Positions 12,061 to 24,509 are shown, numbered from the whole stretch's first letter. The stretch is 57,317 bases of DNA, filler included, from Sphacelaria rigidula (GCA_964200075.2; 7 parts of 7 records of this genome joined end to end with filler, not necessarily neighbours in it), one strand, 5' to 3'. The notes: generated from the letters alone by a model not told the origin. Made by a program: numbers and translations.

Positions 12061-12156
12061 TCGACGGCGGGGGGGTGTACTTATGGTCATGCATGCCATA
12101 GTCATAAGACCACTGCATGCATGATCATGAGTACAACCCCTCGACGGCGGGGGGGG
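12061..12156. repeat. Micro-element (inverted full copy plus partial copy) flanked by a 15-bp direct repeat
   Basis: TCGACGGCGGGGGGG at 12061-12075 and 12141-12155 brackets a palindromic 65-bp insert. Confidence 0.75.
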
Positions 12157-14038
12157 AGGGAAGCAATATTGACCGCGTCGCCAACCCCGCCGGTATATCG
12201 ACACTATCGTCACCCTTCCCCGTTGCCGCATCGCCATCGCTGCCACCTACTACCACAGCTACACTTCGTACTCCTGCTCCTACAGTCCCGCGGTTGATTC
12301 CCGCTCCAACAGTCCCGCGGTTGCACCACACGCGACAACCATCTTCATTCTCAGTCCCTTTATCATTGCCGACAACACCGCAGTCGCCTCCACTACCACC
12401 TCCTCTGCCAACAACATCGCCAACAAGTTAACGACAGCCGCTGCCGCTGCCACTACCACCGACTCTATCAGCGAAAATCATTTCACGCATGGCGCGGTGT
12501 CGGTCATATTAAGAAGGGGGGCGCGTAGGGACTTCCATGTGGTTGAGTGCGGACAGTCAAGGAAGCTGGGGGGCAAAAAAATGGCATGGAAATACGGAGG
12601 AGCATACTGATTGGAATGGAGAGCGAAGATGGATTCGAGTCTTTTGACCAGAGGAGGAACGCAGAGGTCGGAGATAAATGTTGATATCTCCATCTCATCA
12701 GTATTTTATACTTTGCATGATTTTTGTTCGAGGTTTGACACCTATCGGTTATGCGAGGATGCACTTATACGACTAGCCAGCAAAAGAACTGAAAGGAACC
12801 AGACCCCGAACGAGTACTAGAGTTGGGATATCCCACTACGTTGAAGATATCTCACATCAATACAATTCAAAATAAAAAGCTGGAGATTCTTTCGAAGGAG
12901 ATCGAGAGAGAGACGGTAAGGAAGGGCGGATGGCGGAGTAGAGATTAGTCGGGTAAGGTACTAGTAGTGCTGGTATTCGGAGTTCGCAGCGGCATGACCA
13001 GCGACATGTTCTGCAGCGCACAAAGGCGCGTCCTGTCCAAAACGAGAAGCAGAGAGAAATCGATCTTCGCATTGGTGAGCTCCACAGACAAGAAGAGCCA
13101 ACATTCCTCCGCACCTCGACGTTCTTTGGGGGGCTGTGCTGTAGCCTCTGCCCACGGCTCGGTATCATTTGGCTACAGTGCGCAGCAATATAACATGCCT
13201 ACCGGCACATGAGAAATTGGGTACATGCTGGTAAGATGCATGATGATGCCAGTGATCGGTAATCGCCGAGTGAGGACACACAAAGGACACGAGCGAGGAG
13301 CTTCCTCTCTGCAGTTGCTTCTCTCTCTGGTGATATCGTCATCGACACGCATGTACACCGCATTCTTTCGGTGCACCTAGCCACAAATTCCTAGCTGATG
13401 CAGATATTTTGGGGGAATGATGGTTTCGCTCGGTGTAAGTGTTTCGCGTCATCCCTGCAAAAAAGATATGCCACTTGAATGTCCTTTTAAAGATCAACCC
13501 CACAAATTAGGATCCGCTGTAAATAGTTGTGGCGATTTCCCCGGGTGCACACATGCTGGAGTGACCGTATGTTGATGAAGACGCCACCGGAGGAGCAACG
13601 GCAGAGAGGAGCCTCGTCGCTCGCGTTCCTTGTGTGATTCCTCCGCCGGCAAAATGGTACAAGTCAACCGGTGAGTTCAGCACTGGCAATCATTTGCGCG
13701 ATATCTGTTGTTTATTACACGTGCAGGGAACCACAAACAATGTCTTCTGTTTGACCAAAAGCGATCACTCCTCCGATCTGCTTTTTCGGCGTCGCACGAA
13801 GATCTTGTGTATTTCCGGAGTGGTGCACCGAGGCCTTCTGTAATTTTCCCGGCGTCGCAAGAGCATCATGACCAACTTCAACAGCAAACGCAGGAGCGAT
13901 ACGAGTGCGGCTGTGTTCGTGTATGCAGGGTAGCAAAATCACCGCCACCACCATCTAGTAGGGCATTTTCACGCCAGTACACTCAAAAATCACTTCTCTC
14001 ACGGCGGATGTTCTACCATCAACCCCCCCCGCCCCCGT

Positions 14039-14081
14039 CAATGGTATTATGACTATGGCATGCATGATCATGAGTACACCC
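14039..14081 (+). repeat. ~45-bp micro-element, further copy
   Basis: CAATGGTATTATGACTATGGCATGCATGATCATGAGTACACCC lying between C-rich tracts. Confidence 0.75.
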
Positions 14082-15383
14082 TACTCCCCCACGCTGCAGT
14101 TGTTGTTGCTCATGTCGCCATCTCCGCCGTCGTCGCCCTCACTACCCGAATCGGCACCTTCATCCTCGCTACCAGTATCGTTCTGCTTCTGGCATTCTTT
14201 CCTACAGGTGGCGACGGCAGTAAGTGTACTGAAACCCTTCCCCCCGACTACGTGCTGGCTTGGATCAACGTATAGTGCGCGTTGGGCCGCGTTTCTGCTC
14301 TTTTCCGATGTGCATTCCTTGAGCACAGACGCGCGCACGGCATGCTGCGCTTCATCAGTACTGCCCGCCACGGCGTCGAGCATCGCCTGTCGACTACCTC
14401 TCTGTGGCACGGTGGAAATTATATCAACTGCAATATCTGCGTTAAATGCGTCCCACGTCAAATAGAAGAAGGGACATGTCTTGCTGACCCGCATGTACAC
14501 GCGGCGCGATGCGGTGTCCTCGTTCCATCGTTACCTCAAGGAGCTGTGTTTGCTCCACGCCGACTCCCGGAACGGTGTCCCCAGGGGCAGAAAACCTGCC
14601 CATGTATACACGCCGAAAGCAAAGCGAGGGTGGTGCGACACGGTCCTGTATCAGCTTTGAAAAAATCAAGTTTATCTTCATACCATTTGTACAAGAGGAG
14701 AAGTACTTTCTGTCGTATCGGGGAAGGGATCAAAAGCAGCGTCGGCCTCCACAGGAACACGACACGCTGATCATCTCCGTGTGATCATCTGACTCCATCT
14801 TCTTTTATATTCATTTCGGTTGTGTAGTACTTACCACGTGCGCTTGTCCTGTGTTGCAGGCGACATTGTACTTACGAGCATGGCACCCTTGCGATGCACG
14901 TGATGACGATGGTACTTGTCTCACGCTGATGGCGGTACTTTCTGGTGCTGTTGCGTCACGGTCGACCATCTTACAGCTCTCCCGCAAACACGACAAGGTT
15001 ATATTCCCGCCGAACATAGAGGGTTAGGGTTGTACGCCGTGATTTAGAGCTCACCTGCCAACGAGAACCTGTAGAAGTCGAGCAGGCCGAGAACGGCGCG
15101 GGCCTCCGTTGGGCGCTCCCATGGGGTACGACACGCCGCTTAGGCACTGATTAAATTGGCGCATATGCCCCTTTTGGTTGCCGTGGGGGTCGTCCATGGT
15201 CACGCGGTTGTTTATTATGCACGGCGACCCCTTCTCGTTGTACGTCTTGTGCGCAACCATCACCGTCTCCACATTGTTTGCCGCATGCTCCGCCGTCTCC
15301 TTCTTCGGTCGGCCTCCGGGAGGGGAGTTGTACATGACGAGCAGCGGGCTATCCTCCACGACGAGAGACCCGTCTTCGAGCAA
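14081..15383 (-). pseudogene. Degenerate coding-like region (gene or TE remnant), family not recognised
   Basis: Successive - strand frames 15383-15051, 14760-14536 and 14500-14081 read as protein-like, with an acidic tail (GSEDEGADSGSEGDDGGDGD). Donor-like AG|GTGAGC near 15055. Frames do not join cleanly. Confidence 0.35.
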
Positions 15384-17809
15384 GGCACCTTCGCATGTAC
15401 AGCGGGAGTGGAAAGCAAGGCAAAGCGAAGATGGACGGCGCGAGCTGCATTGAACAGCCGGTACAGATCACATAGCATACTTCGGTAAGCAGGTCCTCGT
15501 GTGCGCGAGGGCAAGTCTACAGTTCACCAGCACCTACGTCGACGCTGAATACAACTTCAGGACATATGAGTGATTGTGAAAAGGTGAACCTACGTATGAC
15601 ACGCATGTCATTCCCTGCTCCCTTAATAGATATGCCGAACGTCTGTTAAGCGGCAGAATAAGTGCTGTATATATCCGCTGGGGGACACGAGAAGAGCGTC
15701 TGTGAAAATATTGTTCCGATGACGATCATCTGTGACTTGGATAAAGTATGGAAAAACCGGACACCACCGATTTGATTGCAGTATACAGCGGAGCGACGTT
15801 ACGCTTATAACAGGGAATTCTATAACATGAGGTTCATCAATGAAATGAGGTTTGAAGACCCTAGCCGTTGAATGACGAAAAGCCCTCAGGAGTACCGCAC
15901 GACACTCCTGATGCGCAATGTTGAGGAGGAGTAAGAAGTGCGTCCGTGGTTTCACATGCCGCCCATCCCTGGTTAGCTCCCGGCGACGGAGCATAACAAC
16001 GTTTATTTGATTGTCGATGGATGTTTTCACTGTTGTTCATCTCGAGGCTCGTGTCCAGACAAAAATCTCGGGCGTCAAGTTGCTGTCAGTAAGGTCAGTA
16101 ATGTGCTGTCAGTGACGTGGTGGGGGGGTATCACTGCCAACGCAGTGATGTGCCAAGCGGATGATTGGGCGTCCACTGCCCTGAAGAATCGACGGCCGAT
16201 GCACAACGTGAATAGTTTATTGCACGACTCAACCGTACTGCAAATACCCGTCGAGCTTTCCAATCCGGTTCGAGCATATATGAGGCGGCAATGTCTCTGT
16301 CGAAAGNNNNNNNNNNNNNNNNNNNNNNNNNNNNNNNNNNNNNNNNNNNNTTAATTAATTAANNNNNNNNNNNNNNNNNNNNNNNNNNNNNNNNNNNNNN
16401 NNNNNNCCATTTAAACACTACGTGGAACGACCATCCCCATTGTGCGGAGTTGAGGTTCTCTCACGCCGCACAACATGATCTAGCTCGACTACCATCATGG
16501 TTACCGCAAAAAAAAACGCAAGCGCGCAAAACAAAAAAAGCGGTAACCTGGTTGCCTTGCTCACGTAGTGAGTGAGTATCGTGTTTTATAGCGTCACTAA
16601 CCGACGCCAACCTCATCGGGGGTCCGCCCCTACAAAGCCGGGACGGAGCACACCGGGTTCTCGCCGGACCAGACTGGCCCTGTTATCCTTCGGGGCCCTC
16701 GCACCTGCATACCCCATATTCTTCGTGTGCGTACATGCGCGTGTGTGTATAGGGGTGTGTGTGTGGGGGGGGGTTACTCAATGATGTTGCATGCTATAGT
16801 CACATGGTCATTGACCTCGCATCCCTATATAGCCGGGACGAAGCATGCTGGATTTTTACCGGACCAAGTGTGTAGGACGGGGGGATATCAGCATTCATGC
16901 AACACGTTTTCGGTTCTTCGTCGATGACGCTAGAACGACCACTAGGGCCGAAGCTCTCAGTAGTAGGGTGGCGCGTGCACCGCGCCAAGTTTACAGGGGG
17001 GGGGGTGTGGGACGGACCCCCACACTGCCTTGCGCAAAGATTGCGAACACTCAAGGTGCCTATCCCACATGACTACTGTGAGGCGGTCTAGCCGAGCCTC
17101 CGGGTAATCGGTACACGGACCCGCTCGCGGGGTAAGTGTTGGGTCAGGTTTCTTACTCCCCTGAAGGAAAAAAAGCAAGGAGGGACGACCGCTGACTATT
17201 ATCATACCCTTTTGTTTTCTTTTGCCCTCATTTCCCGCTCGAGGTATGCCTAGTGATTGATTGCTTCCCGTACGATTACCCAGGGTATGCACCTACGCCA
17301 GTCTTGTGTCTATTGACCACTCACGGCTGGATGCGTAGCGGATCATTGAATGTCATATATCATATGGTACAACCAATCGGTCAGTCAAGGGGTGCAGCAT
17401 TGAGAGCCACCGTACATGATGTATTATTACGGTGAAACATGATATCGCAACGTTTGACGTCTCTTAAAATACCATCTACAATATGTATAAGGCGAGAAGT
17501 TGTGCGTTAAAAAAGAAAGTCAACCACTCTAGTATGATAGGTACAAAAGTCCAGTAAAGCTCATGTATACACACACATATATATACGATCTGTGCACTAT
17601 AAAAACCCAAACATATATTTCAAAAAGGCTCACGGTTCGACAATATTACGAGAGGAAAATACGCAACAACGAAAAAAGAACGGTTGAAAATAGAGAAGGA
17701 AATACACGTAAACGTACCGTAAGGCGCATTTTCCATGAGGCGCATTTTTGGTCTACGGCTACCTCTACATGCACTCGTAGCTTACAGGTGACAGTCCCGG
17801 AATACGTAC

Positions 17810-17899
17810 CTGAGTGAGCAGAACGAGGAACTCATCGTCCTTGAACTCATCCACCGCCAACACGCTTGTGATTTTCTCCTCGGGTCCCATGGGTAAAAC
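17810..17899 (-). CDS. gyrA: DNA gyrase subunit A exon (C-terminal beta-pinwheel): VLPMGPEEKITSVLAVDEFKDDEFLVLLTQ
   Basis: Polypyrimidine tract with GAG acceptor and CAG|GTACGT donor. 90 nt, phase 0/0. Peptide fits the GyrA CTD blade pattern (L..GERITS...V.EF..D.YL.M.T). Confidence 0.9.
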
Positions 17900-18694
17900 C
17901 TCAAGGAAGCAAAAATCGGGAAAAAAGGGAAAAAAAAGGAAGTGGACGGGCTGTGGGAGTGCCGGTTCAACGCACGATCATCAGGATTGCATGGCTGGTA
18001 CGCACGGACCTCGGGAGAGAATGAGGTGGGCTGGATCATCGTAGAGGACAACGGAGTCGTCCCAGCAGCCGAGGGGAGGGGAGGGGAGGGGGGGTGAAAG
18101 TAAAGTACGAGAGCAAAAAAAAAAAGCACACATTTTCATTTAGATTTTTCATATCAGGGAGACGCCCCGAGGCAGCACAAGTTACACCATCACGGCAACA
18201 ATGGAAGCCTCCACTCGTACACCTGGATAATGTTTATACCGAGAACATTGCGAATCCTAGTGTTGCGAACCCAACACGCCTCCTAGTTCCGTCCATAGGA
18301 AACCTCTACCCACGAGGAACGTTCCTCGGGTTCTCGGCAAGACCGCTCTCGGAGAGATGTCTCGAGGCCTTGCAGCCACGGAGCTATGTGCACGTTCCGG
18401 GCTCAAGGGTGTCACAGACAACACTTCCAAGCAGACTTTGTGACTCTCCTGGGTTCGTTGTCTGTCCCCTTTTTTTGCGAGGCGAGATACGAGGCTCACC
18501 CCTCACACACTCACTGCCTCACTCTTGTTCACATGCTGGACGATAACAAAACATGTTCAATGGTTGCAAAATAGCTCTATACTTTACGCAGTACATTTTC
18601 CTGTTGCATCTATTGACCACATATTGTCATTGTCCAATGCGTGCTCTTGTTGACATCTCTGCACTTTCCTGTTCCGAGCAATGTCACTCGACAC

Positions 18695-18766
18695 GCCATT
18701 GTAGCTCAACGGATAGAGCACTATGCTGTCCGCGGAGAGACGGGGGGCGGTAACCCTCCGGCGGCA
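18695..18766 (+). pseudogene. Degenerate tRNA-like sequence (tRNA pseudogene or SINE head) in the gyrA intron
   Basis: D-arm/A-box TAGCTCAACGGATAGAGC and a partly pairing acceptor stem. T-arm/B-box is destroyed. Confidence 0.4.
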
Positions 18767-19693
18767 TTCCAGCGTGGACCAGCCTTAACGTGCCGAAATA
18801 AAATAGGCCATTGCAAACATGTAGACACAGGTGGACACTGGGTTACCGGAGACGAGGACAGCCCAAACACATGATGACTGTACTCTGTTGTAAACAAAAC
18901 TTGAACACAGAGAAACAGAGACAGGGACAGAGGCTGACCGAGACGGAGACGCGCGCGGGGTGATACCAGGTCGACAGCACTTCCGTTCCTTGCCCGTGCC
19001 CCTCAAAAATGCGGACCAATTGTATACGACAACAACGAAGCGGATGATGATCGACACAATATTTCCGTTTGTTGACCTCTTGATTCCTAAGGCCTGAAGA
19101 GGGTGCTATTCAGGGACATGCGGAAACTACTATTTTTCCACCCCCATAATAAAATGGCAATGGAGACGAAACAAATTTCGCCACATCGAGAGCCTAGCCC
19201 TTGATTGGGAGTAAAAGACCTCGAAGAATAGGGATCCTAGTCCATTCATCGACTGGTGTTTCTGGAGGAATAATTCGTCGAGCCCGTGGCGGAGCCGCTC
19301 GAATGGAATCTCTCAGCGGTGGGATGAACCCAACGATTTCTTATTTTCTTTGCATTGGCCTCGTCAATCAGCAGGAATCTAGAACCCCAGGTTTCTAGAC
19401 ATAGTCGCATTAATGCCTGAGAGAGTTTCACTGCCACAATGCCCCCAAGGCCTTATTCGAGACCTTCTACACGCTTTCTGCAGCAGCTTGCCACTGACAC
19501 CTCTGCTATCCCTGAGTAGGATATCGATGGGTAGCTGCAAACAAGCGCACTAAATTGCTACATGTGGAAACACACACACACAGAGAGTGAAAAATGATCA
19601 AGTTAGAGTACATCATAAAAGTCACTCTCAATCAAATGCTACGCACTCAATCTGGCACAAGGTTGCCATTGGTAACCGGGAACTCTTACTCAC

Positions 19694-19801
19694 TTGTGGA
19701 ACCGGGACACCCTTGGCAGTCCTCGACGCTACCGGCACCTGGAAAGCTCGGATGTTGTAGGCGACTCCTCGGTTTGACACGAAAAGGATGCTATCGTGAT
19801 C
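19694..19801 (-). CDS. gyrA: DNA gyrase subunit A exon: DHDSILFVSNRGVAYNIRAFQVPVASRTAKGVPVPQ
   Basis: CTGTAG acceptor and CAA|GTGAGT donor. 108 nt, phase 0/0. Matches the GyrA motif HD.LLFFT..G..Y....Y.IP..SRTA.G.P. Splices in frame to 17899. Confidence 0.92.
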
Positions 19802-19919
19802 CTACAGATGACGAGAAGACAGCAATAAACGACAGCGCCGATGGTTTATGATCACAGTAAAAGACTTATGTGCGGAAAAATAAAATAAATGAAATATATA
19901 ATATATAAAATAAAAATAA

Positions 19920-20260
19920 CAGTGATGGATCATAGCAAACCAACACTAGTAACGATGTACACGACGACAGCAATCAATAGATGAAATTATTCATTGTCAC
20001 TCATCACATCATTGGATCATGACAACAATAATTACGGATCTGATAGCAATAATGAATGATCAGCAAATCGACACGAAGGATATTGGCCACAATATCACAG
20101 AAACTATGGATTTTTGTTACTTATCGCCCATCACCTTAATGGATAATGACAACAACAACAATATATCATGACCGTAATGATGGATCATGGCTAACCGACA
20201 CCAATAACGGTGTTGACCACAGCAATTAATAGACAGGTCTATTTATCGTTACCCATCAAC
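19920..20260. repeat. Diverged ~127-bp tandem repeat x ~3
   Basis: Recurrent TGATGGATCAT..C.AACC.ACAC and TGGAT.ATGACAACAA blocks at ~127-bp spacing. Confidence 0.5.
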
Positions 20261-21689
20261 TGATTCGTTACGAATCGAGTCGTGCAATTATGCCACAGTA
20301 GGGGGGTGCACGAATCGTTCTCAGGACTGAATTGTTGGGGGTCCTTCATCCCATCCGAAAGACTACATTTATTACATGGGTGAGAGCACGCTACAATTAG
20401 CCTTCCAATTGACTAGGGATAATGTCAATTAAACTAAAAACGAGGAATGCTCTGACCCATATTCTTACGTGGCTGCTAACTTCAGAAGCCTCTCAATGAT
20501 AAACATATGGGCCGCGAACCTACCATGGCATGACCCCGATGGTCACAATATAACCGTACACAATCCAAGTAAAATGCTGCATAGTTGACCAACGGATGAT
20601 TTCTCGGTTGATGGAGTGTACCTGACTCCAAGTTACATAGAAGGACTCGTCTGCTCTCATTTTCGTCCTACAAGATTTTCAAACGCCGGTTTTGACTCTG
20701 CCCTTGTTAGCAGGCCGACAACATATGCATACATCATGGACATACAGAGGGCATCTCGAGTTACGAGCGCCTCGTGATAAGCCAAAAGCAGGCGCTCTTG
20801 ACCACACAGCATTCTGAACCCTACTTGAGGAGAGAATTGGTCATATCCCGGGACACGAACAAAGACGCTCTCAAGCAGAGATCATTCGAGTAAAACACGA
20901 TCATTCACCTCTGGATGACTTACAACGGTGTTTTGGGTCGGGTGAATGAACACCCGGATTTTCCTACTCCCCCGAATTATGCGTTGCGATGGTCCGACCT
21001 CCAAACTCTCCCCAGATATTGAGAAAAGGTTAACTATGTGAACTAGGCTTCGCTAGGGGTGAGATAGTAGTGTTACGGGTTCCGAAGAAGACCGTTGTCT
21101 TGTCCTGCTGGCGAAGGATCTCCAAGCGAGGCGTAATTTTCTCTTTTGTCGTTTAGGCAAGGATTAGGCCGTGACCGATGGTGAGTGACCAGGGTTCATG
21201 CGGTGGCTCTATTATTCCGAGCTCGTTCTACCGGAGACCCCGTTGCCTAGGTTGCCGCAGATCCAGTTTCACCGGTTTGAACGTTTCGAGTCCGCTCATG
21301 TACGTCACTGACGGACCCCGTTCCTGAGACTGTTTCTCTGATTCACATGTGTATTCTGGTGCTCATTGCGCTCACATATGTACTTCCTCTGTGCCATAAG
21401 TCTGATCGGTTATGGGCGGTTTTTTTGTTCGGCTGCAATGGTGTTGACGATAACCATATCGTTGGGTTCTATACGAGGATAAAGCACATACGAAGCTGAT
21501 GAAAAAAAAAAAAAGAGAAAGAGAAATGTTTTCAATACTAAAATCAGGTCAGAGTATACTCCATTTTGGCCTTTTTTCCGAGAATTTTCATGAGAATGTT
21601 TTTGATCATTATTTTGAGAATTTGTGTTGAACATGCCACACCTAGCCCACAGACATCACAATACGATGGATTTGCCCCCGAGTGTACCC

Positions 21690-22750
21690 CCCCCCCTCGC
21701 CGAACGGGTGGTGAGCTACAATTGGGTCGCCGCTATGCGATTGCGACGGAGGTTGCGCTCGCTGTTCCACCGGGCAAGGTGAGGGTGCCCAAGGGCGCGC
21801 TAGGGCAAAAATTTGCGAACGCTACGGTGTTAGCCCCGAGTACCGGACGAAATTGTGGAAAAACGCTACAGTGGTGGGCGGTCCAACTATTCGTTTCGTG
21901 GGATTTTGTTGATTTTTTCGCAGTCGGCGATTTTCTTGGGCTCTTTTCGCTTGCCACCGCTTATTACATTGGGGATCTGGAGATATTTGTATCCGCTCCA
22001 CATTCCAAAAAAAAAACATCTGCATTCAGTATTGAGCGACTTATAGGCTGATCGGCCATCGGGGATCCTGCCACGTTTCAGCGTAGATTCTTACTCTTCG
22101 ATATTTTCGGTCGGTCGAGCCTGTCCCGATCATATTTGCGGAGAAATGTACAGTTTTATTTTTTTGAATTTCTACCTACTCATTGCACTAGAGCCGAAAA
22201 CCTGTGTTTCACGGTCAATAACAACCTCCTGATGAAAGGGGTATTCACTCGTATCGCCCGATAACACCAACTTACACTGACTCGGGCACTGTGTTTCGAG
22301 GATGATCTGTTTGTTGTACCAAAATTTACCGACGCTAGCAATTTCGAGTTCTATCGAAGAGTAGTACGCGAGGAAGACCCCAAAACGACACGGAATACTT
22401 AGAGCGCCCACTACTGTAGAGCCCAGATCGACGCTACCCAGGAGGCCGACCTTTCGAAAAAGAAAAAAGGACTGGACGCCCGTCGCTCCTCACGCCAAGA
22501 AATGTTGCGGCGCTGAAGAACGTCAACTAGCAGAATCTGTCGTTTACGCTCCGGCAGGTGTCCGATCAGCTGAAAGACATCGGGCTGGATGAAGGTACAG
22601 AGATCGTGCGGCGGTGGTTCAATAAAGAAGGGGCTACAAAGGTGGCTCGCCGCATCAAACCCTCCCTTTCCCCTGCTCAAAAGCTTCGCCGAATCCACTT
22701 AAATCTGCGATCAGGTGGACAAGACGACCGGGAATTCCTCGACCAACCAG
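21690..22750 (+). mobile_element. Tc1/mariner transposase remnant of the plant (DD39D-like) type; N-terminal half only
   Basis: With frameshifts it reads RVPKGAL/AKICERYGVSPEYRTKLWK ... QEADLSKKK/RTGRPSLLTP..TLRQVSDQL..IVRRWF..RRIKPSLSPAQKLRRI/ICDQVDKTTG. This matches the HTH and IKPxLT..NK..R linker of plant-type mariners. It has an in-frame stop and is truncated before the DDD domain. Confidence 0.7.
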
Positions 22751-23701
22751 TTTTTTTCTCCCGATCCCTTTTCTACCCCTCAGAAAGGGGCAGATACGGC
22801 CATTTTCGGGGCGACTGATTTTTTGTGCGGCCGTTCGGCCGCACAGTTCAACAGCGAGTTTCAAATATATATATATATATATATGTGCTTCTATTACAAA
22901 AAAGAGCCGAGAAATCGAAAAAAACGTCGAAAATCATATCGGACACGGGTAAGGACTCGTACAAACATCACCGACCAGACCTATGGGACAGAGGAAGTAT
23001 GGTCTTTACAACTACGACCGCACTACTCTACCCAATATCTGGGTCTTATTGGGCTTGGTCCCAATACTCGATCCAAGTCTTGGATGCTTAGAGCACGACT
23101 TTTCAAGATACCCAACTGCAGGGAACAACCCTGTCCAACACACCCTTCATAACTTGTATCCGAGTTGAAAGTTGGTGTAGGCCGGGAGACCTGGATGCAT
23201 TGCACCGTAACACGACTCATTTCAATGTTTTCACTGCACCAGAAATGAATTAAAAACATTAATTGTACCAATCGTGTGGAGGAAAGAAATCACAACACAG
23301 CGAGTACAAGAGCATGCACTTTTCTCAGCTGTGCAGTACGTGTTGTCCAGGATCTGCTTCGCAATATACGTATGTACCGCTGTTCGCAGGTGCTGCGTTT
23401 CATCATAATAGCACACCATTTCTTCGATATTCGCTTGCTACGTAGCGTATGAAAGGCACCAAATTACGCCCACCTACCAAAACACCAGAGGAGCAAAATC
23501 GCACCAACACCAGCAAAAATAACAAACGATGACCAAGTGGGGTACAGCTCTACGGCAATATCGTAAGGTGCGTTTCGATTTCTTCAACTGGCACACCATG
23601 CATACCATGCAAGCCGCAGTTCACTTCCGCTGGGCAGGGCATAGCTTCAGAATGCTCTCTATCCGCACGCACGGCTTTCAGTCGGGGTGGGTTGAGCGTA
23701 T

Positions 23702-23737
<36 letters not shown>

Positions 23738-23802
23738 GTGTTGTTATTGCTTTTGTCTGGTTCCACTCCTTTCCTTCTCGTCCCATCCTGTTGTTGTTTT
23801 TT

Positions 23803-23884
23803 TGCTCCTGAACACGGACTGGAATGTTGCAATCAGCTAATGTGATGTGAGATAATAAATCAATCGATTAATTAATCAACCAAT
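23803..23884 (+). repeat. 3' end of a non-LTR retroelement-like repeat with an (ATCA)n tail
   Basis: GCTCCTGA.CACGG.CTGGA.TGTTGCAATCAGCTAATGTGA..GATAATAAATCAATC is shared with 43855-43938. Both follow microsatellite-rich sequence. Confidence 0.6.
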
Positions 23885-24005
23885 GTTCCAGATTCTCAAG
23901 CGACGCGGAGGCATGGTAGACCCGACTTGAGAACGGATTCAGGAGATATGAAGAAAACCGCTTTCACAATTATTGTTCGCGACAAGCCATTTCGACGTAT
24001 CTTGA

Positions 24006-24103
24006 GCCTTAGATGGCAAGGGTAGGTAATCTGTTGAATCGGCATCATTTTCACACGAAAAATGTACGCATGATCCAGGTAGACTACCCCCGCGGTCTAC
24101 GGG
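24006..24103 (-). mobile_element. piggyBac-type ~98-bp MITE, diverged copy
   Basis: Reverse complement of 42379-42476. Flanks TTGA and TGAA are degenerate TTAA. Confidence 0.65.
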
Positions 24104-24159
24104 TGAACTCCCGAATGCTCCTAAATCAGGAGCTCTCTACGTGGGATACCCACTGCATA

Positions 24160-24462
24160 AAATTTCTGATTGATACAATGCACTCCTAGTAGGGCGGGGA
24201 ACACGCGGATTCCAATCCCGCCAGATGCGTCTAGCTTGCCTTTCTTTCCAGAAACATTTTTTTCATTTGAAACAAAAACCACAAAATTGGTTTCGGTCGT
24301 CGAAAGCGTCAATACGGATATCGCAGAAAACAGTCATGTCTGCCTAATTTTCATGGACGACAGTCAACGCGGTGCGGGAGTCCTGACGCAATCGCCCATC
24401 CCAGCATGAGGCGTGTACCGCGGGAAAGATGGGTTGATCCCTTGAGAACACGGGCTCGTCCC
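24160..24462 (+). mobile_element. Diverged SINE family-1 relative, 3'-interrupted
   Basis: ACGCGGTGCGGGAGT and GGCGTGTACCGCGGGAAAGATGGGTTGATCCCTTGAGA match family 1. The copy ends at the G-run where a micro-element begins. Confidence 0.55.
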
Positions 24463-24464
24463 AA

Positions 24465-24509
24465 GGGGGGGGGGGTACTCATGATCTTGCATGCCATAGT
24501 CATATGACC
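24465..24509 (-). repeat. ~45-bp micro-element copy at the contig end
   Basis: G11-TACTCATGATCTTGCATGCCATAGTCATATGACC. Confidence 0.75.

Larger units (their letters stand above)
10394..12520 (+). mobile_element. Degenerate Ty1/Copia LTR-retrotransposon internal region (gag-like low-complexity region plus protease)
   Basis: 11115-11802 encodes WSADSGTTYHITG (Copia aspartic-protease W-x-x-D-S-G-A/T-x-x-H motif), LGDGRVLPVKAVGSL and LTDVYVLEG/VQFNLFS, with a frameshift near 11460. Purine-rich PPT-like AAGAAGGGGGG at ~12511. Boundaries approximate; paired LTRs not identified. Confidence 0.75.

Noticed and set aside
17810..19801. Bacterial contamination suggested by gyrA
   Set aside because: The coding sequence is split by a canonical GT-AG intron, and the contig carries eukaryotic repeats shared with the other contigs.
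20300..21417. Solo LTR followed by a Copia primer-binding site (GGTTATGGGC at ~21408)
   Set aside because: The match is only 10 nt, it is not preceded by a CA LTR end, and there is no second LTR copy to confirm it.
14039..24509. One ~10-kb transposon bounded by inverted micro-element copies (likewise 106-12115)
   Set aside because: The paired copies are on different contigs.
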